DNA of 64,000 nt. Origin: Octopus sinensis (taxonomy: Eukaryota). The notes beneath the pieces were generated by a model, which saw nothing but the letters and a program-made list of their open reading frames with translations, searched no databases and was not told the DNA's origin. Shown here piece by piece: positions 26,590-40,388 of the stretch. The first letter of the stretch is position 1. Each line of letters begins with the position of its first letter. Location of the stretch: contig NC_043000.1 of NCBI RefSeq assembly GCF_006345805.1, positions 74,338,001 to 74,402,000 of the forward strand. The letters are read 5' to 3'. The position numbers and the translations under genes were made by a program.

Positions 26590-29500
26590 ATATGAGAATG
26601 GCTAGCTTCACACCAGCAAAAAAATCGAAACAGCATGAAACAAATGGCAAGCCTCGCTACAAGAAAGTTGAAATAGCATCTAAGGACAATAGTGAATGAA
26701 AGAATAATAGAAACACATGAGGATGGCTAGCTTTACAACAAGAAAATCGAAACAGCATCAAAGAAATGGCAAGCTTCGCTGCAAGAAAGTTGAAATAGCA
26801 CCTAAGGGCAATAGTGAATCAAAGAATAATAGAAACACATGAGGATGGCTAGATTCACAAGAAAATCGAAACAGCATGAAACAAATGGCAAGCTTCGCTA
26901 CAAGAAAGTTGAAATAGCACCTAAGGACAATAGTGAATGAAAGAATGATAGAAAGACATAAGGATGGCTAGCTTCACAACAAGAAAGTTGAAATAGCACC
27001 TAAGGACAATAGTGAATGAAAGAATGATAGAAAGACATAAGGATGGCTAGCTTCACAACAAGAAAGTTGCAATAGCACCTAAGGACAATAATGAATCAAA
27101 GAATAATAGAAACACATGTGAATGGCTAGCTTCACAACATGAAAGAAATGGCAAGCTTCGCTACAAGAAAGTTGAAATAGCACCTATGGACAATAGTGAA
27201 TGAAAGAATGATAGAAAGACATAAGGATGGCTAGCTTCACAACAAGAAAGTTGAAATAGCACCTAAGGACAATAGTGAATGAAAGAATGATAGAAAGACA
27301 TAAGGATGGCTAGCTTCACAACAAGAAAGTTGCAATAGCACCTAAGGACAATAATGAATCAAAGAATAATAGAAACACATGTGAATGGCTAGCTTCACAA
27401 CATGAAAGAAATGGCAAGCTTCGCTACAAGAAAGTTGAAATAGCACCTATGGACAATAGTGCATGAAAGAATAATAGAAACAACATGAAAGAAATGGCAA
27501 GCTTTGCTACAAGAAAGTTGAAATAGCACCTAAGGACAATAGTGAATCAAAGAATAATAGAAACACATGAGGATGGCTAGCTTCACAATAAGCAATTCGA
27601 AACTACATGAAAGAAATGACAAGCTTCGCCATAAGAAAGTTGCAATAGCACCTAAGGACAATAATGAATCAAAGAATAATAGAATCACATGAGAATGGCT
27701 AGCTTCACAACAAGAAAATCGAAACAGCATGAAACAAATGGCAAGCTTGGCTACAAAAAAGTTCAAATAGCATTTAAGGACAATAGTGAATGAAAGAATA
27801 ATAGAAACACATGTGAATGGCTAGCTTCACAACAAGAAAATTGAAACAACATGAAAGAAATGGTTAGCTTCCCTACAAGAAAGATGAAATAGCACCTAAG
27901 GACAATAGTGAATCAAAGAATAAAAGAAACACATGATGATGGCTAGCTTTACAATAAGAAAATCGAAACAGTATCAAAGAAATGGCAAGCTTCGCTACAA
28001 GAAGGTTGAAATAGCACCTAAGGACAATAGTGAATCAAAGAATAATATAAACACATGTGAATGGCTAGCTTCACAAGAAAATCGAAACAACATGAAATAA
28101 ATGGCAAACTTCCCTTCAAGAAAGTTTAAATAGCACCTAAGGACAATAGTGAATCAAAGAATAATAGAAACACATGAGAATGGCTAGATTCACAAGAAAA
28201 TCGAAACAGCATGAAAAAATGGCAAGCCTCGCTACAAGAAAGTTGAAATAGCATCTAAGGACAATAGTGAATGAAAGAATAATAGAAACACATGAGGATG
28301 GCTAGCTTCACAACAAGAAATTCGAAACAACATGAAAGAAATGGCAAGCGTCGCTACAAGAAAGTTGAAATAGCACCTAAGGACAATAGTGAATGAAAGA
28401 ATAATAGAAACACATGAGGATGGCTAGCTTCACAACAAGAAATTCGAAACATGAAGGAAATTCAAGCTTCGCCACAAGAAAGTTGAAATAGCAGTTAAGA
28501 ACTGCTATTAAGAACTGCTAGTGAATCAAAGAATAATAGAAACACACGTGAATGGCTAGCTTCACAACAAGAAAATCGAAATAGCTACAAAGGACAATAG
28601 TAAAGCAAAGAATGATAGAAATACATGATAATGGCTAGCTTTGCCACAAAAACGTCAAAATAGCACCTAAGGACAATAAGGAAGGAAAGAATGATACTTT
28701 TGCAACAAGAAAATTGAATCAGCATGGAAGAAATGGCTAGCTTTACCTCAGGAAAATCGAAATAGCAGCAAAGGACAATAGTGAAACAAGGAATGTTAGA
28801 AATATATGGGAATGTCTAGCTTCCCCACTAGAAAATCAAAATAGCTGCGATGAAATGGCTAGCTTTGCAATAAAAAAATCAAAATAGCAGCAAATGACAA
28901 TAGTGGAGCATAAAATGATAGAAATATATGCGAATTGCTAGCTTTGACACAAGAAAGTCAAAATAGCAGCAAAGAAATGCCTGCTTTCACTAAAAGAAAG
29001 TCTAAATAGCTGCAAAGGATATTAGAAAAGCAAAGAATGCTAAAAGGACATGAGAACGAGTAGCTCTGTTGCAAGAAAATCAAAACAGCAGCAAAGAAAT
29101 GGCTAGCTTCAACACAAGAAAGTTTAATAGGACAATAGTGAAGCAAAGAACTATAGTCATACATGAGAATGGCTAGCTTTGCCGCAAGAATATGGAAACG
29201 GCAGCAAAAAAATGGCTAGCATCACCTCAAGAAAATCAAAATAGCAGCAAAGAAGTGACTAGGTTTTCCACAAGAAAATCAAAATAGCTGCAATGCCATG
29301 GCTAGCTTTGCCACAACAAATTCAACATAGCAGGAAAGAGATAGCTAGTTTTGCCACAAGAGAATTGGAATAGCAATGACAAAGTGGCTAGCTTTGCCAC
29401 AAGGAAATTGAAATAGCAGAAAATCAAAATAGCTGCAAAGAACTGGCTAGATTTGCCACAAGAGAATCGAAATAGCAGAAAAGGACAAAAGTAAAGGAAA

Positions 29501-31285
29501 GAATAATAGAAACATATGAGAACGGCTAGTTTTACAAGAAGAAAATCAAAATACCAACAAATAAATGGCTAGCTTCGCTACAAGAAAATTGAAATAGCAG
29601 CAAAGGAGAGTGGTGAAAGAAAGAATGGTAGAATTACATGAGAATTGCTAGCTTTGCCACAAGAAAATTGAAACAGCAGCAAAGAAAAGGCAAGCTTCGT
29701 GAGAAGAAAATTGAAATAGCAGCAAAGGACAATGGTGAATCAAAGAGTGATTGAAACACATGGGAATGGCTAGCTTCACCTCTAGAAAATTGTAATAGTG
29801 ACTAAGAAATGGCAAGCTTCACGATAAGAAAATCAAAATAAAGCAAAAGAAATGGCTAGTTTCGCCACAAGAACATGAAAATAGCAGCAAAGAAATGGCT
29901 ACTTTTGCTACAAGGAAATTGAAATAGCAGCAATGGACAATAGTGAAGCAAAGAATAATAGAAACACATGAGAATAACTGGCTTTGACTCAAGAAAATTG
30001 AAACAGCAGCAAAGTGGCTAGCTTCACCACAAGAAAATCAAAACAGCAGCAATGAAATGGCTAGCTTTGCCACAGGAAAATTGAAACAGCATCAAAGAAA
30101 GGGTAGCTTCACCACCAGAAAATCAAAATAGCAGCAAAGAAATTGCTAGTTGCACCAAAAGAAAATTGAAATAGCTGCAAAAGAGAAGCAAAATAACTAG
30201 AAACACATGTGGATGGCAAGCTCCATTGCAAGAAAATTGAAATAGCAGCAAAGGACAATAGTGAATCAAAGAATAACAGAAACACATGAGAATAGCTAGC
30301 TTCACCCCAAGAAAATCAAAACAGCAGCAAAGAAATGGCTACCTTCGCCACAAGAGAATCGAAATAGCAGCAAAGGAGAATGACTAGCTTTGCTACCAGA
30401 AAATTGAAATAGCAGCAAAGAAATGTCTAGTTTCAAAAATCAAAATTGCAGCAAAGGACAATAGTGAAGCAAAGAATGACAGAAATACATGAGAATGGCT
30501 ATCTTTGCCACAAAAAAATTTAAACAGTAGCAAAGAACTGGCTAGCTTCACCAGAAGAAAATCAAAATAGCAGCAAAAAATGGTTAGCTTTGGCACAAGA
30601 ATATTGAAAGAGCAGCAAAGGACAATAGTGAAGCAAGAAATGATGGAAACACATGAGAAGGGTAGCTTCACAACAAGAAAATTGAAACAGCAGCAAAAAA
30701 ATGGTTAGCTTTGCCACAAGAAAATCAAAAAAGCAGCAAAGGATAATAGTGAAGGTAAAAATGATAGAAACACATGAGAATGGCTAGCGTTGTCAGAAGA
30801 AAATTGAAACAGCAGCAAAGAAATGGCTAACTTTGCTACAAGAAAATTGAAATCACAGCAAAGTACAATAGTGACGCAAAGAATAATAGAAACACATGAA
30901 AATGTCTGGTTAGCTTCACCGCAAGAGAATCAAAATAGCAGCAAAGAAATGACTAGCTTTGTCATAAGATAGTCGAAATAGCTGCAAAGAAATGGCTAGC
31001 TTTGCTACAAGAACATCGAAATAGCAGCAGAGGACAATAGTGAAGCAAAGAATGTCTGAAGCACATGTGAATGGTTAGCCTCACGAGATAATCGAAATAG
31101 CAGCAAATAAATGGCTAGCTTCACCACAAGAAAATCAAAATAACTGCAAAGAAATGGCCAGCTTCGCCACAAGAAAATCTGAATATCAACAAAGGACAAT
31201 AGTGAAACAAAGAAAGATAGAAACACATAAGAATGGCTAGCTTCACAATAAGAAAGTCAAAACAGCAGCAAAGAAATGGCTTACT
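26590..31285. repeat. Intronic tandem satellite built from 43 bp and 79 bp related monomers (122 bp dimer)
   Basis: Core atggctagcttcaccacaagaaaatcaaaatagcagcaaagaa (43 bp) with or without a ~36 bp insert; measured periods 122 (26644-26766), 79 (26964-27043) and 263 (26885/27148/27411). Confidence 0.95.
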
Positions 31286-31458
31286 TAAACTGAATTTTCT
31301 CTTTTTCTAAATAATTTTTATTATATTATTTCTATTTTGCCATTTTTTGTTTTGTTATATTGGTAATCTCTGAATATGGTATACCTATGCAATAAGTGAC
31401 GATGCTCAGTGCATAGTTTCTAACAGGATACAAGTTTAATTTTTTTCTGTTTTTATAG

Positions 31459-31495
31459 ATCAGAGGAGGAGAAAGTAGGAGTCAACCAGGACTAG
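31459..31495 (+). CDS. NCAPG2: Putative terminal coding exon of the same gene
   Basis: Strong T-tract+TAG acceptor; phase-2 join to exon D gives (I)SEEEKVGVNQD*; AATAAA near 31705. An intervening exon or another 3' end cannot be excluded. Confidence 0.45.
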
Positions 31496-32427
31496 CATAA
31501 TCCATGATTATGTTTTTTATACTGATGTTGTGGTGTCTTTATTTTGCTATAGTGAACATTTACAATGTTGCTAGATATCCATTTGCTTTGATTATGATTT
31601 GGTATTATTTGTTATAGTTAACTGAAAGTATCTTTTTAAAATTCAGTATAATTAATATGATGTACGTGCAAGTTAAAATTTAAACCTAGTAATTTTAAAT
31701 ATGAAATAAAATTCACATATTTCTATATCATTTCAAATCATGCATTTTATTTCTTTTCAGAGGTGTAAAATTATCCATCAAAGGGAATATAACTAGTCTA
31801 AATATGAAACTATGTGACCAAGCTGAATGAACATTGAATGGTTTTTATGGTTTTGATTTTGCAATACAAATGAAACAATCTATGTGTAAAACTATGAAAA
31901 GCACAAAAGATGTTAATAATTAATAAATATATTTGGTGGATTTTAATAATTTCATCTTGAAAACCTTCCTCATACATAAAACAGTCATCTCTTGTACACA
32001 CTGTATCCTAATATGTGAGTAAGTTAAGTAATTGGACTAATCTGCATTATGATATTCAGCTTATGGTTGGAAAGATGTTACTCTATGAGAAAAGAATAAT
32101 ATTTAGGTATATTTATCAATAGTCAGATATATTAGCGTATATTCACTATCATAAAATTAGAAATGAATTATTCATATGTACATACATTTATATTGAGATG
32201 ATATATGTAATCTAATTTCTTAAAAGTGATGTAAAACTTTGATTACAACATACAATAATTTTTGAAAATTTCAAACAAAAACAAAATACAAACTTTTGAA
32301 ATCATAATTTGTGTCAAAATAACAAGAGTACTTGATTAATGTTTACAAACTAAAGTTTAATTTTTAATGATATCCAAATATTGGAATATTGAATTGGTTG
32401 ATGAAAATATTAAGAATTGCAACAAAT

Positions 32428-32540
32428 TGCCTTTCATCCTTTCAGTGTCATTAAAATGGATACCAGTTCAGTACTGAGGTTGATGCAATCAACTTACCCC
32501 ATCCCCTCGAAATTGCTGGCTTTATTCCAAAATTTGACCA
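32428..32540 (+). mobile_element. SINE 3' part
   Basis: ttgcctttcatcctttc..taccagtt..tactgaggttgat..aaattgctggc; inverted homolog at 5220-5390. Confidence 0.55.
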
Positions 32541-32918
32541 TACTATTTCACTCACTGCACAAGTAAACAAGGAGTGCTTTCTTCAGTAGGCAGCCTGATT
32601 GAATTGAAATAATACAGTACTGACCACAAGCTTTTAAAATGTAAAAAGGTATTTCAACTCTCAACCTTTAATGTTAAGATCTAGTTGGAATGAACAACAG
32701 GTGCAAGTGCATGCACATGCAAACTCATAAACATAGACACACATATGCACACAGACATGAACACAGAATACATCCATTCATACACACACACACACATAGA
32801 GGTTATTGTAATTCACTTTAAGGTAATTACTGGACCCACTACTCATCCACTGATTTCTTTGATGTGACCATTGGCTTTTCTGACCTAGTTGGCCTATTTC
32901 TTTATTTCCAAATCAAAC

Positions 32919-33360
32919 CTTATTGACTCCTGATATATTTACTAAATTGCTAAAGTTTTTCTCCACAGTTAGTAAATATTATGTCTAACATATTCTTTTA
33001 ATTCGACTCATTAATAAAACAAATCACCATTTACTAGCTAATTATGATTTTATATTAATAGAAATGGATATATATATATATATATATATAGATATGAAAT
33101 AATTGCAAAAAATTCTATATATCTAGAGAAATTACTTGGTTCATCTTGATTATCTCCCTTCCATTACTTTTTAATATATCTTATTGACTCCTGATATATG
33201 TGCTAAATTAATAAAGTTTTTTTTTCCATAGTTAGTAAATGTCGAACATTTTCTTTTAATTCAACTTATTAATAAAATAAATCACCATTTACTAGCTAAT
33301 TATGATTATATATTAATAGAAATGGATATATATTTATATAAATATGAAATGATTTCTATA
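32919..33360. repeat. Local tandem duplication, period ~261 bp
   Basis: 'cttattgactcctgatatat...aaatcaccatttactagctaattatgatt...gaaatggatata' occurs at ~32919 and ~33180. Confidence 0.85.
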
Positions 33361-34879
33361 TTTTCTATCCCTGTATAAGATACTAATATTTATTGAAATC
33401 CTTTAGAAAATTATCTAAAGGATATTTACTTAAATTTCTTAATATAGAATCTGGATGTTGAATGGTAAGGGACATTGAAAACCTCTAGAGTACTAGTAGC
33501 CTATGTTCCCTCTACCCCTCTAACTTCAACCTACTAGCTTTTTGCTATAATACATTCAAATATATCTAAACTGAATTCCTCAAAATGGGAATGGGTTAAT
33601 GGTTTTGACATTTGTACTACCCCTTCCTATATCTATAAATAGAAAAAATTTTGTCTCCATCCAACCAAAAATAAAACCCCCTCCCCACTGACAGATCTAA
33701 ATAACAAAGTGAACTCAATGATAAAATCTACAGTCAGAGAGTGAATATACTACTATCATGTTCTTAAGAATGAAATCAACCTCTCTGTCTATATATCTAC
33801 CCTCTTTATAATGTTGGCAAATGAAATAGGGATAAGAATGTGCATTGTCTGTTTGAGTGGAAAATTCTATAAGTGGCTGAAGATTGCTCAACATTTTAAA
33901 ATTGATGTAATACTTACAGTGTTTAATAAAATGAAGTAGCATGAAACAATTGTACTACTCTACCTTGGATATACTTGTTATGGTCTTACCATTCCTTTGT
34001 TAGTAGTAAGACCATAGCAGATCTTCTTCTACCATAATAGATGTCCACTTACAGTTCATCCCTCTTATATAATAGTTTCACTTTAATAGTTTCAGTATTA
34101 AAGTGAAAGCATCTGACATTACAATAGAGAGATGTTATTCTTTCTCTTTTGACATGTAATACTGAAATAGTGGAGAAGATATGATATTGCTGTGGGCTCG
34201 CACTAGGCAAGAAGTTAAAAGTTTTTTTTGGCCATGACACGACATGGACACTCAGTAAAATTTGAATGAAATTGGTTGTGTAGTTCTCAAGTTTTAGGGA
34301 TTCACACAGACAGACAGACACATATTCTCATCATTTTATATATATAGTTGGAATTTACAAAAAAACAAATGAAACAAGACACTAGTGTGTAAACAACAAA
34401 CAGATGTATTAGTTTTACACTCAGGAAATGAGAAAGTCTTTTACGTTTCGAGCCTATGCTCTTCAACAGAAAAGAACACAGAAATAAACAGAGAGAAATT
34501 ATAAAAATGTATATATATTGAGAAAAAGGAGGCACTCAGAATTTTGGATAATCCTTTATTAGTGCTTTTGTTTGTTTATCGAACTCGTCAAGACAAAATC
34601 AAAAATGGTAAAAACAGAACATTCATTCTTCATTTATATGAATCACTTTTTATTTTCCTACTTTGTTTAGAAGAGGAGAAATTTTTATGGTGGGTGAATG
34701 AAAGAGAGAAAGAAAAGCAAAGATGGGGGAGAAAATAGACAGAAAGAGGTTTCAGGACAATCAAGAAAGAGGTAAAAAATGATAATGGATGGGGAAAGGA
34801 TAGACAGAGAGAAAGAGAGATCTAAACCTTGCCATTTCTATGTTGTACAAATTTTAGAATTGAAATTTGATGTTGATAA

Positions 34880-35500
34880 TATCCTGAAGAAGATACAACA
34901 CAGAGTGACATGGCCGGCTTCAGTTACAAGGAAGATGTACCTAATAAAATTGATACTGATGAGAAAAGTGGGCAGGATGAGGTGGCACAAACTGTAAACC
35001 ATTTAGACAAAGACCTGGCAAAATCATGTGATAGATTTACAATTGTAGAAAGCAAAACTCTCAAAGCTATTTTAGATTACATTCAAAGAGAACACTCAAT
35101 TGGCTTGAATATAGAGAGCTTAGGAGAAGGTTGATTTGGGACAGTTGTCTGGGTTATGATAACAGTGAAATCACATGTCTATATGTTTTATTTTAGAACT
35201 TTGGAGAAGAACATTTTCAGTCTAAGACTGAAAGCCATTTTATATCAGATCTTCTCTACAACAAATATGTGTGATTAGCAAATGTTTTTGATACACAGGT
35301 TGCTGATGTGTTTGTTCAACATATATGACATGGGTGTGGTCATCAAAATACATCAGAACCTGTCTGCTTGTTTATATGGTTACTTGGAACTAAGCACTGA
35401 ATCAAGCGAAACAGATTAAGACAAGACTTTTGGACTCAATATCTACTTTCTGCTTCACTAGCAGACTGTATTCAAGTGTTGTCTACATAGAACTAAGGTA
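34880..35500 (+). pseudogene. EXD1: Intronless decayed copy of an EXD1-like 3'-5' exonuclease gene (probable retrocopy)
   Basis: Pieces IGLNIESLGEG*FGTVVWVMITVKSHVYMF, ISDLLYNKYV*LANVFDTQVADVFVQ (NVFDTQVADV starts at 35281), LSACLYGYLELS, DFWTQ. NVFDTQVAD matches EXD1 as remembered; stops and frameshifts; no introns visible. Confidence 0.65.
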
Positions 35501-38050
35501 TTATGAATACCTGGAAAGAAAAGCAAGTAAAATACAGACAACACAGAAACCATAATATAAATGATCATCACGGTAACTCAAGAAACCCATGATTTACAAC
35601 CAACAATCCAATACATCCTGAATGGCTCAATAAACATAGAAGATGGGAAGAAGACAGAACCTATAGGCAATGGAATATGTGCAAAGAACATGAACCATCC
35701 CCTCACTTATGAAGGAACCAGAACCCTGGACACAGTAATACAATTCCTTTTCTAGGGAGAAAATACCACAACCGGGAATCAGACCTGATGCAACAGAAAA
35801 TTTTAATGAGCACATAGCACAAGTAGACCTGAAGATCATAAATTTGTCAAATAGAAACCTCAACACGAATGAGATGAATCTCCTATTGAGAAGTTTCAAA
35901 TTTATCCTGGCACCCATCCCTAATCTCATTCAGCTGAATGCTGACATTGAGTATTTTAACCACCAACTCTGGCTTATAGAATTCTTTGGCAATAAGGATA
36001 ATAAATCCCACTTCACCCACTACAAGGGGAATAACAAACATTTAGATGCATATATAGACAGTTTTGAAATTTCCCCTAAGTACCCGTAAATGCAAGCAAT
36101 ACCTTCATGAAAAAGAAAAGGAAGCCTTACTAACATTGAAGAATGACAATTCAGTCATCTTAAAAGAAGCCGATAAGGGAGGGGCAATAGTATTCATGGA
36201 CAAGGACTAATATAAAGATTAATTATTGGAAATTCTAACAGACCAAACCTACTACAAGGAAGAACCAAGACACCTGGAAAAATCAAAACAGTAATTAATG
36301 TATACCAAGATTCCTTCACAGACAAGGAGAAAGATTATTGTGACTCTGTAATCAAAGAGAGCAATTTCTACAGATTACCCAAAATCCACAAAAGCTCTGA
36401 AATACAGTGAGCCATAAATGAGCAGAGGAGCCAATACATAAAAGTATTAAGACCTATCTACTAACCTCAAACTGAGACCAATAGTTGCTGAACCTCAAGT
36501 ACCAACACAACAACTGAGTCATCTTTTGGATATACTCCTAAAACCTTTATGCCCATTAATACCCAGCTATATACGGGACTGCATAGATTTCCTCCAGCTC
36601 ATTCTGCCCACTGTCCCAGAAGGTACTATTCTTACAAGGTTTGACGTCATCAATCTTTATATGAATATACCTCAAACTTTGAGCCTGGAAGCAGTCAAAC
36701 ACTAGGTAGAGAAACATAGAAATGGATAAATGAACACTTCATAACTGACTTCATCACCAAGACCACACACCTGGTACTAGAAGAAAACGCCTTTAAATTT
36801 GATAATAAAACACATCAACAGTAAAAGGGCATGGCTATGGGGACGTAGTTTGCACCCTCATATGCTAACCTAGTCATGGGATACATGGAAGAAGAGCTTT
36901 ATGAGGAGGTAGAGAGCTTTTAATCATAATTGCAAGAAGTATGTCATTAAAAAGTGGAAATGCTTCCTTGATGCATGTTTCACCTTTTGGGACAAATCAA
37001 ATGAGGACCTACAAATATTTAATAATATACTCAATACACTTCACCCATCCATCAAATTCATGACAGAAACCAGTTACAATGAATTACCATTCCTAGATAT
37101 TCACATAAAAATACACAACTCCACAGACATTCTACAAAAAATTGGGCATGCAATCATATTTGAATTTATATTCTTGCCATCCCTCACACATCAAAAGGAA
37201 CATACCATACAGCATGGCAAGAAATATCTGTACAATAGTGATTAACCCAAAAATATTTCAAATCCAACTCAATGAGCTCAAAGGCTTACTAACAGAACAG
37301 AATTACCCCTTAGAATTAATAAATGATGGAATTAAAAAGGTGATAATGCTGAGCATCACACAACTAAGGACACCAAAGGTAAAAATTAATGAACACATGC
37401 TTCTATTTATCAATATGTGCAATTCTGGGGTAACCAACATCTTTCACGCCATAAAATCAAACCTACCCATACTTCTACAAATTCCCAAAATGAAAAATCT
37501 TATTGATACAAAGCCCTTACGAAACAGTTGACACCAACCAAAAAATCTCAAAAAAACGCCTCACAAGAGCAAAATTCACATCAGAGAATGAATCAGAATT
37601 CTCTCTAAAAGAATGTGGAACATGCAATAACAACAACTTTAAATATTTAGAAAGTGGTTCCCACATAAAATTCAAGAATGGATTCTCGTTCAGAGTAAAT
37701 GCAGATATGAACTGCAAGGCGCAGAATCTCATATACTACATTACTTGCCCCAACTGCAAGGGAAATTACATTGGCAAAACAAACAATTTCCTCTGCCAAT
37801 GTGGAAGAATCCACAAACAACAGATCCGATAAGCAGAATTGTGCGAGATTCCACTGAGCAAGCATCTAGAAATATGCAGTGAAAGAAAGTTCAAAATCTT
37901 TCCCTTTTGGAAATGTTCAAGAGATGACTCAAAGTTCCGAAAAGCGATGGAGCTACACTTCATCAAAAAATTCTCTCCAAAATCAAATGTTTCAAGGATA
38001 AGCAGAGGAACTACATTTTCTCAAAAAGATTTGAAAGAGAAATAGAGACA
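35500..38050 (+). mobile_element. Penelope-like element (RT + GIY-YIG endonuclease), near full-length, decayed
   Basis: NLSNRNL, LKEADKGGAIV, FYRLPKIHK, RPIVA, FDVINLYMNIP, GMAMGT, YANLVMG, LPFLDI, SCHPSHIKRNIPYS, NCKAQNLIYYITCPNCKGNYIGKT. Confidence 0.92.
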
Positions 38051-38770
38051 ATATGCATGAACACCCCTTCAAATAAATCAAACTATGAACATTACACGGT
38101 TAGCTCATGCAGTCGCTGTGCCCAACTAATGCAACTAGGGAGAAATGATGCAAATACTCCAAAGAACACTATATTGCTGTCTAATATTCACACACCATGT
38201 AAGGTGATATCAATGTATGCTAGATGGTTTTAGTGTCTGTCAAGAAAGCTTCTTCGCGATCATTTTACCACTTTATTATTATTTTCAGAATAGTAATGAT
38301 GATGGAGGAAGAAAACTTTTATATTACAACTGTTACTGTTGTTTCTGAATGTGGCTCCAATGTTAATAACGTGATACTCATCTCTATAAATGATCTGATA
38401 TATAACATTGGAATTTTGATAACTGTTCTCTTATAAAACTTAAATATACCCGAGAAAGCATTTTACCACTGATTAGGGAAGATATCTAATGTAGCTACTT
38501 AAATAATTATGGTGAAGCTAGCCATTTCTTTGCTACTATTTCAATGGTGGCATGTAAACCACTCATTAGGAAGGGCATCAAGCTGGAGAAACCATACCAA
38601 ATCAGACTGGAGTCTGCAGCCTTCCAGCTTGCCAGCCCTGGTCAAACTGTCCAACCCATGGACAACAAACGTTAAATGATAATATATACATATATGTATG
38701 TGTGTATATATATACATATAGTTATATATATATATATATAACTATTTGAACTATATATATATATATATAT

Positions 38771-40388
38771 CATCATCATCGTTTAGTGTCCACTTTCCAT
38801 GCTAGCATAAGTTGGATGGTTCAACTGGGGTCTGGGAAGCCAGAAGGCTGCACCAGACCCATCTGATCTAGCATTGTTTCTACGGCTGGATGCCCTTCCT
38901 AACACCAACCACTCCGTGGGTGCTTTTTACATGCCACCGGCACAGGTGCCGAACGAGGCTGGCAAACGGCCATGATTGGGCGGCGCTGGCAACGGCCACA
39001 TTCGGATGGTTCTCTTACGTGGTATCACAGCTACAATTTCCATTGATGTTGATCAATTTCGATTTTGATTTTGATTCTCACTTGCCTCAACAGGTCTTCA
39101 CAAGTAGAGTTTTGTGTCCCAAGAAGGAAAGGTATGCATAAGTGGACTGGCTACATCCCAGGTAGAGGCCACGGGTTATGGTCTCACTTGTCCTGCCGGG
39201 TTTTCTCACACACAGCATACTTCCAAAGGTCTCGGTCTCTAGTCATTTCCTTGGTGAGACCTAAAGTTCGAAGGTCGTGCTTCACCACCTTGTCCCAGGT
39301 TTTCCTGGGTCTTCCTCTTCCACAGGTTCCCTCAGCCGCTAGGGTGTGGCACTTTTTCACACAACTATCTTCAGCCATTCTCGCCACATGACCATACCAG
39401 CGCAAACGTCTCTCTTGCACACCACAACTGATGCTGCTTAGGTCCAACTTTTCTCTCAAGGTACTTACACTCTGTCGAGTATGAACACTGACATTACACA
39501 TCCTTCGGAGCATACTGGCTTCATTTCTTGCGAGCTTACGCATATCCTCAGCAGTCACGGCCCAAGTTTCACTGCCATGTAACATGGTTGTTCGTACACA
39601 TGCGTCATACAGTCTGCCTTTTACTCTGAGCGAGAGGCCTTTTGTCACTAGCAGAGGTAAGAGCTCTCTGAACTTTGCCCAGGCTATTCTTACTCTAGTA
39701 GTTACACTTTCAGCACACCCGCTACTGACTTGGTCACCTAGGTAACGGAAGCTATCAACTATTTCTAGTTTTTCTCCCTGGAATGTGACGGAAGTTGGTC
39801 TCTGCGCATTTTCAGTGTTTATTGCTCCTGAGCATCTGCTACATACAAAAACTATTTTCCTAGTTAGCCTTCCTTTGACATTGCTGCACCTCTTATGTGT
39901 CCATAGCTTACACTTGTTGCATCTTATAAAGTTTCTACCTACACCTTTTTTACAGATCGAGCAGACCTGAAGGCATTTGTGATTTGTCTACCTTCCTACT
40001 TATTAGGACTTTGGTTTTAACTAGGTTGACTCTAAGGCCCTTTGATTCTAATCCTTGCTTCCACACCTGAAACTTCTCCTCCAGTTCTGATAGTGACTCA
40101 GCAATTAGAGCAAGGTCATCATCATAGAGGAGCTCCCAGGAGCATCCTGTCTTGAATTCCTCCATTATTGCCTGGAGGACTATGATAAATAGGCGGGGGC
40201 TGAGGACTGAACCTTGGTGGACCCCTACCTCTACCCGGAATTCTTCACTCTACTCGTTGCCAACTCTCACCTTACTAGCAGCGTCCCTGAACATGGCTTG
40301 CACAGCTCTCACTAACCATTCATCTATCCCTAGTTTCCTCAGTGACCACCAGATAAGGGATCGGGGGACCCTGTCGAAGGCTTTCTCC
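38771..40388 (-). mobile_element. 5'-truncated, relatively young RTE LINE
   Basis: VGVHQGSVL, LLYDDD, ORF 39184-39648(-) RTE C-terminus; (CAT)n tail; both ends in (TA)n. Confidence 0.92.

Noticed and set aside
26590-31285. CRISPR-like or repeat-protein reading of the regular array
   Set aside because: No unique spacers, no cas genes, eukaryotic context; monomer lengths 43, 79 and 122 are not multiples of 3 and stops are frequent.
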